A DNA stretch of 35,889 nucleotides, taken from assembly GCA_038845975.1 (NCBI GenBank), contig JAWBQF010000029.1, forward strand, positions 1-35,889, in the 5' to 3' direction. Source of the stretch: Candidatus Methanomethylicia archaeon. GTDB lineage: Archaea; Thermoproteota; Methanomethylicia; CALHIW01. This document shows, piece by piece, positions 1 to 9,572 of this stretch. The position numbers and the translations under genes were made by a program. The notes below the pieces were generated by a model. It was not told the DNA's origin. It did no database searches and saw only the letters and a list, made by a program, of their open reading frames with translations. Every line of letters starts with the position of its first letter. The stretch's first letter is position 1.

Positions 1-27
1 GGAGCTGGTCTGTAAGAAGGGTTAACC

Positions 28-168
28 ATGGATGAGCTTATAAACAAGCTCATAAACCCGGCTGGGAGGATGGGATGGTCAACATGCGGTCTATGCGGAG
101 CTAAGGTTAAATCTAAGAATCTATATGAACACATGCTCAAAATCCATCCAAAGATCAGCACTGACTAG
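28..168 (+). CDS. Small C2H2 zinc-finger protein (46 aa), not in the ORF track
   Basis: Hand translation MDELINKLINPAGRMGWSTCGLCGAKVKSKNLYEHMLKIHPKISTD* contains C-x2-C-x11-H-x4-H. An in-frame TAA lies upstream at 13-15. Confidence 0.7.
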   Translation: MDELINKLINPAGRMGWSTCGLCGAKVKSKNLYEHMLKIHPKISTD

Positions 169-179
169 TCAAATGCATA

Positions 180-198
180 AAAGTTTTCAGACGAGGTC
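180..198 (+). mobile_element. Solo terminal inverted repeat of the IS5-like/MITE family
   Basis: aaagttttcagacgaggtc matches the MITE right end ggagttttcagacgagttc (4849-4867) at 16/19 positions. No clear partner in the window. Confidence 0.55.
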
Positions 199-652
199 TT
201 ATAATATCCCCACCAACCACTCTGCTACATATAGTATTACCTGAAGGTGAACTTAAATCAGGTAGGCTAACATCCAAGAGTTCATTCCAAACAAGTCATC
301 AACATTCTATTATCAGCAGTTAGTAACTAACTAATTACTGGAGTTCTCAGTTAGCTTCTTACTAATTCATGTTCATCGGCTATTTGCATCCAATCCTTCT
401 CTAACCCCATAAATTTACCGATGATCATCTTCAGCACAATCTTAAAGCCATTATAACAAACACAATAAAACTTCAATGAAAAGATAACCTTACAACAATT
501 GATCTGGAGAATAAGAAGAAAAAGCTACTAGACAAAAAGGAATATGCAAACTCCAGTCTAATGCCCGAAAGATGTGGGCTAAGCATTGATCGTCTAGAGA
601 GCATCTTTATGAAATCATTCAGTCAGTTTAGCGACTACCAGTATATTCTATT

Positions 653-993
653 CCTCTAATCATATATTAGGTCCTAGAAATAACTCAAGACGGATAGATG
701 ATTTATTGAAGGGCTTGAGACAAGAGAGTTGTATGCTGACTCCATATACGATACCATAAGAGGTAAGCTATCATATAGAATATTAAGGCAAACATACCTT
801 AAATCCTAGGAATGTAGAAGCCTACAATACGATATCGAGATCTATAGAAGATGATATCAGCTGTTGAGAGATTCTATGGATGGCTTAAAGCTTCAGAAGA
901 ATAAGATATGAGGTGATAGCAATAATATACAAGCACTCATAACAATAGCATGCATAATAGTACATTTAAGATATGGAGTTTGGAGATGAGTTC
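653..993 (+). mobile_element. Degraded IS5-family DDE transposase (C-terminal half) with right TIR
   Basis: Frameshifted peptides ELYADSIYDTI (726-758), NIKANIP, NPRN, SAVERFYGWLK (857-889), FRRIRYE and ALITIACIIVHLRYGVWR* (stop 987-989) fit IS5 transposase motifs. It ends in ggagtttggagatgagttc (975-993), resembling the MITE TIR. A possible eroded left TIR lies near 278-292. Confidence 0.8.
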
Positions 994-1391
994 CCTAATA
1001 AGAGTTAAGGCCATAAACGGCGAAGTGAATATAGGCTTCATAAATCATCCCGAGAGCAATAGAGATCATTTAATAATCAAGCCTCCTAACAGGAGTTACT
1101 ATAGTATTGTAGTTGGGCCTTAGCTTAACATACCTATGATTATATGTCTACTAATCAAAATAGCATTGCTAAGTGTATACTGATATTAGCTCTCCATATA
1201 TTTCTAATCGCTGCTTATCTAGATGGTTCATGAAATAGATTATACACTAATCACTTCCTAAAATATTTAGAAATGAATGATAGGAACTTATAGAAACAGT
1301 ATTAAAGAGTAATAAACACGATTAAGTCTGTAAAGCTTTCAGATTGAGCAAAAACTTAAATTGTTGGAGCTATTTAATATGTGTGGGTTCA

Positions 1392-1799
1392 ATGTTGATT
1401 AAGGACATATTATCAAAACCACCAGTTACAGTTAAATATGGAACATCTCTACATGAAGCTGCTCAAATAATGGTTAGGGAGAATATTGGAATACTGCCAA
1501 TAGTCAACCCTGAGAATCAGCGAAATGTATTGGGGGTGGTTTCTGAAAGAGATTTTGTTAAGGCATTTAGCATACATAAAGAACCTCAGAAAATAAAGGT
1601 TGAGGATGTGGGGACAATGGGAAATATTGTTACTGTAAAGCAGTCAGATACAATATCGAAGGCAGCTCTACTCATGATCCAGCATAACATAAGACATCTC
1701 ATTGTAGTTAATGATGAAAACTTGTTGGTAGGTGTGGTTTCAATAAGGGATATTATAGAAACACAGAAAATACTGGAAATGATTGCGAAAGCATACTAG
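1392..1799 (+). CDS. CBS domain pair protein
   Basis: Two CBS repeats (PPVTV...MVRENIGILPIV...GVVSERD; IVTV...MIQHNIRHLIVV...GVVSIRD). The track's TTG start at 1344 overlaps a BRE/TATA-like aaaaacttaaat, so the start is more likely ATG 1392 or GTG 1383. Confidence 0.9.
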   Translation: MLIKDILSKPPVTVKYGTSLHEAAQIMVRENIGILPIVNPENQRNVLGVVSERDFVKAFSIHKEPQKIKVEDVGTMGNIVTVKQSDTISKAALLMIQHNIRHLIVVNDENLLVGVVSIRDIIETQKILEMIAKAY

Positions 1800-2010
1800 T
1801 ATTTAAGCCCTAGTCAAGGTTAGAGTACTTCAAAGTATTCAGCTCATATAGATAATTTTAAGGCATAATTTAAATGTAAACATAAGATGACCAAGTAATA
1901 ATTTAAAAGTTAAACCATAAGCTAGCATAGAAATAAGGATTAATTGTAAATATATAGTAGACATAACCTAAAAACTTATAAGTTTATAGGTTATTTCTAT
2001 TAGACTCCAG

Positions 2011-2613
2011 ATGGATTTGTATGAGGTTTTCAGTGTAGTAGCGGTAATAGTATCAGTAGCCTCCTCAACATTTAGTCTTGGATATTGGCTAGCGAAAAGA
2101 CTTGGCAATATTGAGCTTGAAATAGGCAGTATTGAATCGAGAATAGGCAGCTTAGAATCGAGAATAAACAGCTTAGAATTGAGAATAAACAGCCTAGAAT
2201 CGAGGATTGGTAGTCTTGAGTCGAGGTTTAGTAGTCTTGAAAGGGCTTTTTATGATTATAATGAGCTTCTTCTTAAGATTCTTGGGTTTAAGGGTATACT
2301 TACATCTACTGAAATAGCTTCACTAATTACTGTTTTAAGAACTGCTCTTCCACATATATCATCAAGATACTATACAAGAGAGGTTATGGAGAGGCTTAAA
2401 CAACTGCTAAGTAAGAATCCTGATGAATATACAATGGATGATGTTAAGGAGATGTGGGAAATATCTGAGATCATGCTTAAAGAATACAGTATCTCAGGAA
2501 GGAAGGATCTCCTAGACTATTCATCAAAACTGAAAATAGCATCCCAACTAATCAAAATATTCTTCGTAGAGCCTAAAATGAAGAAGATGGAGGAATGGCT
2601 ACATAAACTGTAA
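2011..2613 (+). CDS. Membrane-anchored heptad-repeat coiled-coil protein
   Basis: N-terminal hydrophobic helix ending LGYWLAKR, then SLESRI(G/N) heptads and a helical C-terminal domain. TATA-like cttataag lies about 30 nt upstream. Confidence 0.8.
   Translation: MDLYEVFSVVAVIVSVASSTFSLGYWLAKRLGNIELEIGSIESRIGSLESRINSLELRINSLESRIGSLESRFSSLERAFYDYNELLLKILGFKGILTSTEIASLITVLRTALPHISSRYYTREVMERLKQLLSKNPDEYTMDDVKEMWEISEIMLKEYSISGRKDLLDYSSKLKIASQLIKIFFVEPKMKKMEEWLHKL
2122..2247 (+). repeat. Six in-frame 21-bp tandem repeats encoding heptads
   Basis: ataggcagtattgaatcgaga / ataggcagcttagaatcgaga / ataaacagcttagaattgaga / ataaacagcctagaatcgagg / attggtagtcttgagtcgagg / tttagtagtcttgaaagggct. Confidence 0.9.
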
Positions 2614-2700
2614 ACTAATCTTACAATGAAACCCGACAAGAAAGCCTACGGTTTTAACTCTAGGATAAATGGCCATATAAACTTAGGCATTTCTGAATCT

Positions 2701-2842
2701 CCATTTATTCATTTAGTGTATGCTATTGACTTTAGTGGTTATCATGAATCCATCACATTCATCCTAACATGGTATGTAGTTATCAACATCCTAGTTTAAC
2801 ATACGCAACTCTCCATCAATCTTAACTCTACAATTATATAGC
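2701..2842 (+). repeat. Degenerate dispersed repeat, copy 1 (partial)
   Basis: Colinear with the reverse complement of 4878-5040: exact tgtatgctattgactt (2717-2732 = rc 5009-5024), plus catt(c/t)atcct, ggtat(g/a)tagttatc and ctctccat blocks. Confidence 0.7.
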
Positions 2843-2921
2843 TTTTAGTATCTTATAGCTTTTAACATTCAGCTCATCAGTAAGTATTATTACGTATTTC
2901 TCCAATTATCATACTCATATA

Positions 2922-3578
2922 TTAAGCTCCATACCATGTAAGTCCTACTTTCTCTTTTATCCTTTCAATTTCCCTTCAATCTTCTTAAACCTCTCATCAA
3001 TAAGAGCCTTCAAATCCCTCTAAGCTTTCTTATCTCAATCAAGATCATATCTTGCCTTTCAAGCATTAAATCTGCTTCTCAATAATCTTTCCCTGCCCCT
3101 TGTTAAGCCTAATCCTGCATCCACTATTTTTGCTAGTTACTCTACTGCTAGGCTTCTATGGTATCCATCCATATCCATAACTTTATCGTTATAGTCGTAG
3201 ACATCCATTCCCTCAACTATAGCATGTTTTGGATAGTTTTCCTTTATGAACTCTAGGGCGTGTCTAAAAATTCCTTTAGCCCCATCAAACCTGAGGCCCC
3301 ACATTTCAGTCCTAAGTCCTCTAATCCATCCTAAGGCATGGAAGAAGATGTGGCTTTCCATGGAGGTAGGCAATTTTTGGACACGCCCATGAACTCTATA
3401 AATCTTTTAACTATCCTCCCCCTTAACAAGAACTTTAACATCTTTACCTAGATTCCTAGCTTGAAATCCAATCAATCTTAAAGCCTCATAGTATGGAAAT
3501 AGTCAGTAACAACTTCCTGAACCTTAGGACCCTTAACCGAAATCTTCTTCCTAACTACAAAGCTTTAGCTACTCCCAT
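2922..3578 (-). pseudogene. Acylphosphatase-domain plus C-terminal coiled-coil pseudogene, interrupted by a MITE
   Basis: Broken frames read VRKKISVKGPKVQEV...IGFQARNLGKDVKVLVKGE...RFIEFIKENYPKHAIVE...YHRSLAVE*LAKIVDAGL...DLKALIDERFKKIE. Several stops and frameshifts. The track ORF 3137-3373 is a MITE/pseudogene chimera. Confidence 0.75.
3256..3388. mobile_element. 133-bp MITE with 17-bp TIRs and a 10-bp target-site duplication
   Basis: Left TIR gggcgtgtctaaaaatt; right TIR aatttttggacacgccc (1 mismatch). Exact direct repeat atgaactcta at 3246-3255 and 3389-3398. Confidence 0.95.
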
Positions 3579-3975
3579 AATATAAAGTTTTCAATCAATA
3601 TGACTTGTAGAAACACTATAAATTAATAATCAATTCTGATGTAATCTTAAAATATTAAGCTTTCATAACCTATCCTTTATTAACACGTGGCTATATGGTT
3701 TAACATTACTTCTATCCTTCACACATTATATTGCTTTCTGAATGTCGAGCAATGCATTAAATCCTCTATTGCCGACTCCATTCTTTATAGCTTTTACATT
3801 GTATGGTGTATGCTTCCCCTATTCCTAGAGTTTACGGTTAGTTATCTTCTAAACCAGCTTAGTTAAAATAGTATAATCCATACGGCTAACATGCTCTAAT
3901 TATGGTAGACTATGGAATTTCAATATATAAGCTTAAGATATGTATACATGCGAGCTGGAATGGATTGGTATGGTT

Positions 3976-4344
3976 TTAGAATGCTCCTGTAAGCTTTAGA
4001 AGTATAGTTATTAGGGTAGCCATAACCGTCGCCCACATACCAACTATTAATCCAATAATCCATTTAAGCACGCCATCAATTCTCCTATCCACCTCGTTAA
4101 GCATATAATCAATCCTTCTATTTACCTCATCAATCCTCTTACTTACCTCGCCAATCCTCTTATCGATATATTCTTTCAGCTCCTTTACATCATCTTTCGT
4201 CACCATCTCCCTAGATAAAGCTATTAGTATTATTCTTCTTAAGTTCCTATCCCTAATAATTTCGGGAATAAGCTCTCTTGAAAGCTCTACACGAATCCCC
4301 TCATCCCTCTTCAACTCTTCAAGAAGCTGCCTACCAATAGACAT
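3976..4344 (-). CDS. Coiled-coil protein with C-terminal transmembrane helix (paREP15/DUF1640-like architecture)
   Basis: VTKDDVKEL motif, RI(G/D)EV heptads and a hydrophobic tail WIIGLIVGMWATVMATLITILL. Confidence 0.75.
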   Translation of the reverse strand: MSIGRQLLEELKRDEGIRVELSRELIPEIIRDRNLRRIILIALSREMVTKDDVKELKEYIDKRIGEVSKRIDEVNRRIDYMLNEVDRRIDGVLKWIIGLIVGMWATVMATLITILLKLTGAF

Positions 4345-4776
4345 AATAAACCAATACAGAACATCTTAAAAGCTTTACTATTCTAAGACCTTCTTGAAAT
4401 CCAACCTTATTTAAGAGTTGCTCTTATTATAGTTAAGTTTATTGAGGAATATTTATATTGATTATCTATGGTCTTATATATTTCCATCATTCAGGATGCT
4501 GTTACTCTATATGCTAAGTTATGTATATTCTTAACTTTATGATAAGAATTATTTAGACTCTACGGAAACTTAACAATAATGTTTATCCTCATCCTAATGG
4601 CTTACTTAATGGAAAGTTTAGAGAGATAGATACTTAGTTTAAATATATAAAAGATAGATTTTGGTTAAGTATTAGTAATTTATATAACTTCTACTTTACG
4701 GTTTAATTATGGGTATTCATCAAGCCGCATCAACCCATCTACTACATGTTAAGCTATAAACGTTAAATTTTATTAT

Positions 4777-4867
4777 GAACTCATCTGAAAATTCTCAATA
4801 CTCAATCGACTAGTCGTCTTAACCTACTAAAGCCTCAAGAGCGACTAAGGAGTTTTCAGACGAGTTC
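4777..4867. mobile_element. 91-bp MITE, IS5-like TIR family (diverged copy)
   Basis: TIRs gaactcatctgaaaattc and gagttttcagacgagttc. The internal ttaaccta..aag.ct.aa...taagg aligns with the copies at 20322 and 24097. Confidence 0.9.
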
Positions 4868-4877
4868 AAAATTAAAA

Positions 4878-5121
4878 CATGAATTGTATAGTTTAGAGGT
4901 TAGAATTAATGGAGAGAATAATACAGTTAAGGATAGAACTAAACTATTCGATAACTATATACCGTGCATGAGGATAAATGCGGTAATGAGCATGCATTAA
5001 TGCTTATGAAGTCAATAGCATACATACTAAACAAACATGGATTAACAGGAAAATAAAAGCTAAGAATTCATAGAAGATACAATACCAAAATAGAGGTGAT
5101 AAAACATGCTTAAGTTAACAA
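4878..5121 (-). repeat. Degenerate dispersed repeat, copy 2 (probably an eroded small gene read on the + strand)
   Basis: The reverse complement aligns colinearly with 28457-28660 and 2701-2842. Residual + strand peptides include LMERIIQLRIELNYSITIYRA and ALMLMKSIAYILNKHGLTGK. Confidence 0.7.
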
Positions 5122-5948
5122 AGCCTTTGAATATGTCCTGTCAACTTTAGATTTTCTCAGGGCTTCTTAATAGGGAAGCTACCGTTAGATCGCGAAGAAG
5201 GGAAGTTCTCAAGAGGGTGAAGGGCAAATGACGTTTATTATAGGAATAGTGTAATTATTGCAAGTGATAGAAAGCTATACTGGAATCTTAACCTCTAACG
5301 GAACCTTATTCCTCTCAAAACTCCAAAATCCCACCAACCCCTAATACTAGCATAAACAGTAATAACAGAATTTATATAACTTCTTAAGTTGCCACGTCCC
5401 ATCCTAATTCAGTTTACTACTTTAAACTTCAATATTCTACATCTCCGCAACCATAAGAGTTACATAGTTAGTATTAGTAATGGATTTACTTTAAAGTTTT
5501 ACACTTCATATTATTATGAATCTCAATATTTTATCCTCTAATAATCTATAATGACTATAGTTGCGTTGAAGGATCAACACATAAACGGTCAGCTATAGGG
5601 CCTGGAACTCCTGAGGCTATTAATTGTGTTTTAAACCATTTCCTTAATACATGTGGATGTAAACTATAATATTTACCGTTTTCCTAGAAAACGTTTTAAA
5701 AGCATTTCTAAGTAGGAAGTTTAGGTTTTGAAGTGTCATTGATGATCCATTACTACATGCTATTACAGGCGAATCATCACTTATCATTTCCCCTCCCCTA
5801 ACTTCTTAATGGAAGTAATAACTTATTTTCCATAAGTTATTTCTCCGAGCATAAATTTAAACTAAAAATTAAAAGAAAACTTTTAGTTAGTTAGTCTTAC
5901 TGTTAGAAGCAGTGATGGATTGAATGGTAGAAATCTTGATATAGGTAA

Positions 5949-5962
5949 TAAAGTATTTAAGA
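5949..5962 (+). promoter_or_regulatory. BRE/TATA promoter of moeA
   Basis: taaagtatttaaga starts 34 nt before the ATG. The identical 14-mer lies 33 nt before the ATG at 9573. Confidence 0.7.
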
Positions 5963-5982
5963 CTAGAAAATCATAGCAACAT

Positions 5983-7974
5983 ATGTTAAATTCATCTAGT
6001 GAAAGAAAGCTCTTCCATGTATTAACAAGTATTGGGGAAGTTGAGGGGGAATTAGTAAAACATTTATGCTTGAAGCCTCTAGGTATTGAGGATGTTGATC
6101 TTGAAAATGCTTTAGGTAGAATTTTAGCTGAGGATATTTACGCTCCTATAGATTATCCCTCATTTGATAGAGCTGAAGTTGATGGTTATGCTGTTAGAGC
6201 TGAGGATACTTATGGAGTTGATGAGGAGCATCCGGTAAGATTAAGAGTTACTGGAGTGATAGGTGTAGGGGAAGCTGCAGGAGGGGAAGTGAATAGTGGA
6301 GAGGCAATAGAAGTAGCTACAGGAGCTATTATTCCTAGGGGAGCAAACTCAGTAGTTATGGAGGAGTATACTCAGAGAATTGATGGAGAAATTCTAGTAT
6401 ATAGAGCAGTATATCCGGGAGAGAATATTGCAACTACAGCTTCGGATATCTCTATGGGTGACTTAATTCTTAGAAAAGGAATTCTCCTTAAGCCTCATGA
6501 TATAGGTTTAATTGCTTCTCTAGGTATTGGTAGTATTAAGGTTTACCGTAAAGTTAAGGTAGCTATATTCTCTACAGGTAGTGAAGTTGTAAAGCCTGGA
6601 TTAAAAACATCTTTAGGCCAAGTATATGACGTTAACAGTTATATCCTCCTATCCTCTCTTAAAGAACTTGGAGTAGAAGTAAGGTATGCTGGCCATCTGC
6701 CAGATAACTATGGGGAAGTAAGAAGGAAGATAGAGGAAATCCTGAAGTATAGTGATGTAGTAATAACTTCAGGAGGAACATCAGCTGGCTTAGGGGATTT
6801 AATATATAGAGTATTTGACGATATTGGAGAGCCCGGAGTTATCATTCACGGTCTTAAAGTTAAGCCTGGAAAACCTACAGTTATAGCAGTGGCTAAAGGG
6901 AAGCTATTAATAGGTATGCCCGGATTTCCCATGTCATGTACAATGGTATTCCATAAAGTGGTTAAGCCAATAATAGCTAAGCTTCAAGGATTAAGACTAG
7001 CTAGTGAGGAAACAGTTAAGGCTAAGATACCATATAGACTTAGAGTTGGAGGTGGGAAAGCATGGCTAATACCGGTAAGTATTATTAAATCCACGCAGGA
7101 ATTACTCTGCTACCCATTATCTTTAAGTTCAGGATCCGTCTCAGCTCTAAGCTATGCTGACGGCTATTTACATGTACCTGAGAATAAGGAGATACTGGAA
7201 GAGTATGAGCTTGTTGATATCCACTTATTTAGTAGTAAGCTAAGAATTGCTCAACTGGTCTTCATAGGTAGTCACGATATAGCTTTAAGTAGAATTCTAG
7301 GATATTGGGGGTTAATAGATGAATGTAAAATAATACCTACAGGCTCTCTTAGAGGATGGTATGCAGTAATCAATGGGGAAGCAGATATAGCTCCAACCCA
7401 TTTACTACATGAGGAAACAGGAGAATATAATACACCATACCTAGAAAAACTTAAAGCCAAAGATGTAGCTGTCCTTGTAAGAGGATATGCTAGAAGAATA
7501 GGATTCATAGTTCCTAGAGGAAACCCTAAAGGAATAGTAGAATTTAGGGATCTAGCTAGAAATGATGTATCAATAGTTAATAGAGTTAAAGGATCCGGAA
7601 TAAGAACCTATATAGATATTGAACTTAAAAAATTAGCTAGCAATATAAATGTAAACTTTAAAGAGTTAACAAGCAGAATTAGAGGATACACATACGAGGT
7701 TAAAACTCATACAGCAGTTGCAGCAGCAGTAGCTCAAGGTAGAGCAGATACAGGTATTACTGTTGAAATAGCTGCTGAAATGTACAATCTAGATTTCATA
7801 CCGTTAACAGAGGAAATAGTTGACTTCCTAATTAGGAAAGATAGACTTAGAAAAGAAACAGTTAATAAATTCATAAACCTACTTAAAACTGAAGAAACCT
7901 ATAAGTTAATAAAAGAAATAAAGGGCTATAAACCACTACCTGAAACTGGAGAAATCATACATGAAAAACAATAA
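5983..7974 (+). CDS. moeA: Molybdopterin molybdenumtransferase MoeA fused to a C-terminal PBP/LysR-type substrate-binding domain
   Basis: PSFDRAEVDGYAV, STGSE, DVNS, TSGGTSAG, KPGKP and GMPGFP motifs, then the PBP domain (GSHD, GSLRG, THLL, NRVKGSGIR, THTAVAAAV). Confidence 0.95.
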   Translation: MLNSSSERKLFHVLTSIGEVEGELVKHLCLKPLGIEDVDLENALGRILAEDIYAPIDYPSFDRAEVDGYAVRAEDTYGVDEEHPVRLRVTGVIGVGEAAGGEVNSGEAIEVATGAIIPRGANSVVMEEYTQRIDGEILVYRAVYPGENIATTASDISMGDLILRKGILLKPHDIGLIASLGIGSIKVYRKVKVAIFSTGSEVVKPGLKTSLGQVYDVNSYILLSSLKELGVEVRYAGHLPDNYGEVRRKIEEILKYSDVVITSGGTSAGLGDLIYRVFDDIGEPGVIIHGLKVKPGKPTVIAVAKGKLLIGMPGFPMSCTMVFHKVVKPIIAKLQGLRLASEETVKAKIPYRLRVGGGKAWLIPVSIIKSTQELLCYPLSLSSGSVSALSYADGYLHVPENKEILEEYELVDIHLFSSKLRIAQLVFIGSHDIALSRILGYWGLIDECKIIPTGSLRGWYAVINGEADIAPTHLLHEETGEYNTPYLEKLKAKDVAVLVRGYARRIGFIVPRGNPKGIVEFRDLARNDVSIVNRVKGSGIRTYIDIELKKLASNINVNFKELTSRIRGYTYEVKTHTAVAAAVAQGRADTGITVEIAAEMYNLDFIPLTEEIVDFLIRKDRLRKETVNKFINLLKTEETYKLIKEIKGYKPLPETGEIIHEKQ

Positions 7975-8492
7975 TCTCAATACTACATAATCACTAGAAA
8001 ATACTTTAAAATATCTAGAATAGTTCCCAGCAATCTTGACGATATACTAGGATCACATAGTCTTACAGTAATTCATCTCAATAAGCTTAAGAATATAACT
8101 AGGAATCTACTTACTTCTAAGCATTCAAAACCATCAACACCAACATTCTAACAGTAGGAGAATAATCTATACAAATACTAGTGATGGGGAAAATGGAGTA
8201 TTAGTCTTAAAAATAAACTGAAGCCACAACTCTACTTAATACAGTTTAACTATATGCTACTTATTAAGTTCTTCCATACCTTTCCTTATAACTTCATTGT
8301 TAAATGTTCTTAAATTAATTTAAATACGGAACATATATAAATTCTAGGTTACTCATCACCAAGTAGCATGAAGACTACATCAATAACTCAAACAATATTA
8401 GAACGCAGTAACTTAGCATATTGTAGCTTTCTTCTTAAGCTAGGGTCTCAGCATCATACATAAATATTTATTTTTAGATGATTAGTATAGCT

Positions 8493-9326
8493 ATGGGTAG
8501 ATTTTGTGTTGAATGCGGTGTTGAGGAATCTGTAAATACACCATTATTTAATAATCTATGTTTAAAATGCTTATTAGAAACTCATGATTTATTTGAAGTT
8601 AGAAAGAAAATAGTAGTACATGTATGCCGTAAATGTAGCTCTATTAAAGCTGGTAATAAATGGGTTAAAGCTGATAACATAGTGGAGATTCATAATCTAA
8701 TGAATAATATTTTAACTAAAAACATTAAGTCAATGTTAGGAATTGAAATAGTAGATATATCTTTAAAACCACTAGAAACATATAGTTCAGTATTAGAAGT
8801 TGAAGTTAGAGCATTAATTAGCAATAATTTAATTAGTAAAATATTAAGAGTGAATATAGAATGGATAAAGGATATTTGCTCTTCATGTTTAAAGCGAAGT
8901 TCTAGAAGCTATGAAGCAGTAGTTCAAGTCAGAGCCTTCAATTACGATGACGAAATTAAAGAATTTAAGAATACATTAATACATGCATTTCAAGATAATA
9001 TACTTGAAATCAATGAGCTTAATAAAGGATACGATATAAAAGTACTTAATGTACATACAGCCCAACAAATAGTTGATGAAATACGTAAAAAATGGATAGT
9101 TAAAACAGTTAGATCATATGAGAAGCAGTACAGAAATAGAGAAGGACGTAGAAGAGGAAAACCATACATATCAGTAAGAATTATAAATTTAAAATCTGGA
9201 AATCGCTTAATAATCAATAGTAAGGCATATATAGTAAGCTCAATAATGAATAACTCCATAACGTTAAGAAATAGTTCAGGTGAAGAGAAAACATTAAAGA
9301 TAAGGGAACTAGTAAAACTATTATAA
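8493..9326 (+). CDS. nmd3: NMD3-family ribosome biogenesis protein
   Basis: Four CxxC motifs (CVEC, CLKC, CRKC, CSSC), YEAVVQVR and ISVRI. The TATA position favours ATG 8493 over the track start at 8478. Confidence 0.85.
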   Translation: MGRFCVECGVEESVNTPLFNNLCLKCLLETHDLFEVRKKIVVHVCRKCSSIKAGNKWVKADNIVEIHNLMNNILTKNIKSMLGIEIVDISLKPLETYSSVLEVEVRALISNNLISKILRVNIEWIKDICSSCLKRSSRSYEAVVQVRAFNYDDEIKEFKNTLIHAFQDNILEINELNKGYDIKVLNVHTAQQIVDEIRKKWIVKTVRSYEKQYRNREGRRRGKPYISVRIINLKSGNRLIINSKAYIVSSIMNNSITLRNSSGEEKTLKIRELVKLL

Positions 9327-9539
9327 CTCATAGAGTAGCATACCGAACCAAGATTTTAAGTATTCATGTTCTAATTGTAGATTTGTATTCTATGATTACT
9401 TAATGCTTAGAAACTCATTGCATTTACCTCAGAATGAGGATTAAAACCACTATGGTATTTTGAATAATTTAGTAGGCAATAATCTAAAATTATGTTAATC
9501 TAAGATTTAACTTGGCAAGCTATCTAAAGCGTTATAGCA

Positions 9540-9553
9540 TAAAGTATTTAAGA
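9540..9553 (+). promoter_or_regulatory. BRE/TATA promoter of the M24-family gene
   Basis: taaagtatttaaga, identical to the moeA promoter core. Confidence 0.7.
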
Positions 9554-9572
9554 TGAGGTTAAGCTAAATCTT

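Noticed and set aside
3137-3373. 78-aa ORF as a real gene
   Set aside because: It starts inside the MITE and reads into the acylphosphatase pseudogene.
5150-5345. Possible transposase C-terminal remnant (GSYR*IAKK...YYRN, IS1595-like)
   Set aside because: Too degraded to assign by eye and no TIR pair found; needs BLASTX.
5735-5782. C/D-box sRNA candidates (GTGATGA here on the minus strand; also near 8181 and 24322)
   Set aside because: No candidate combines a canonical C box with a well-placed CTGA D box and a recognisable rRNA guide.
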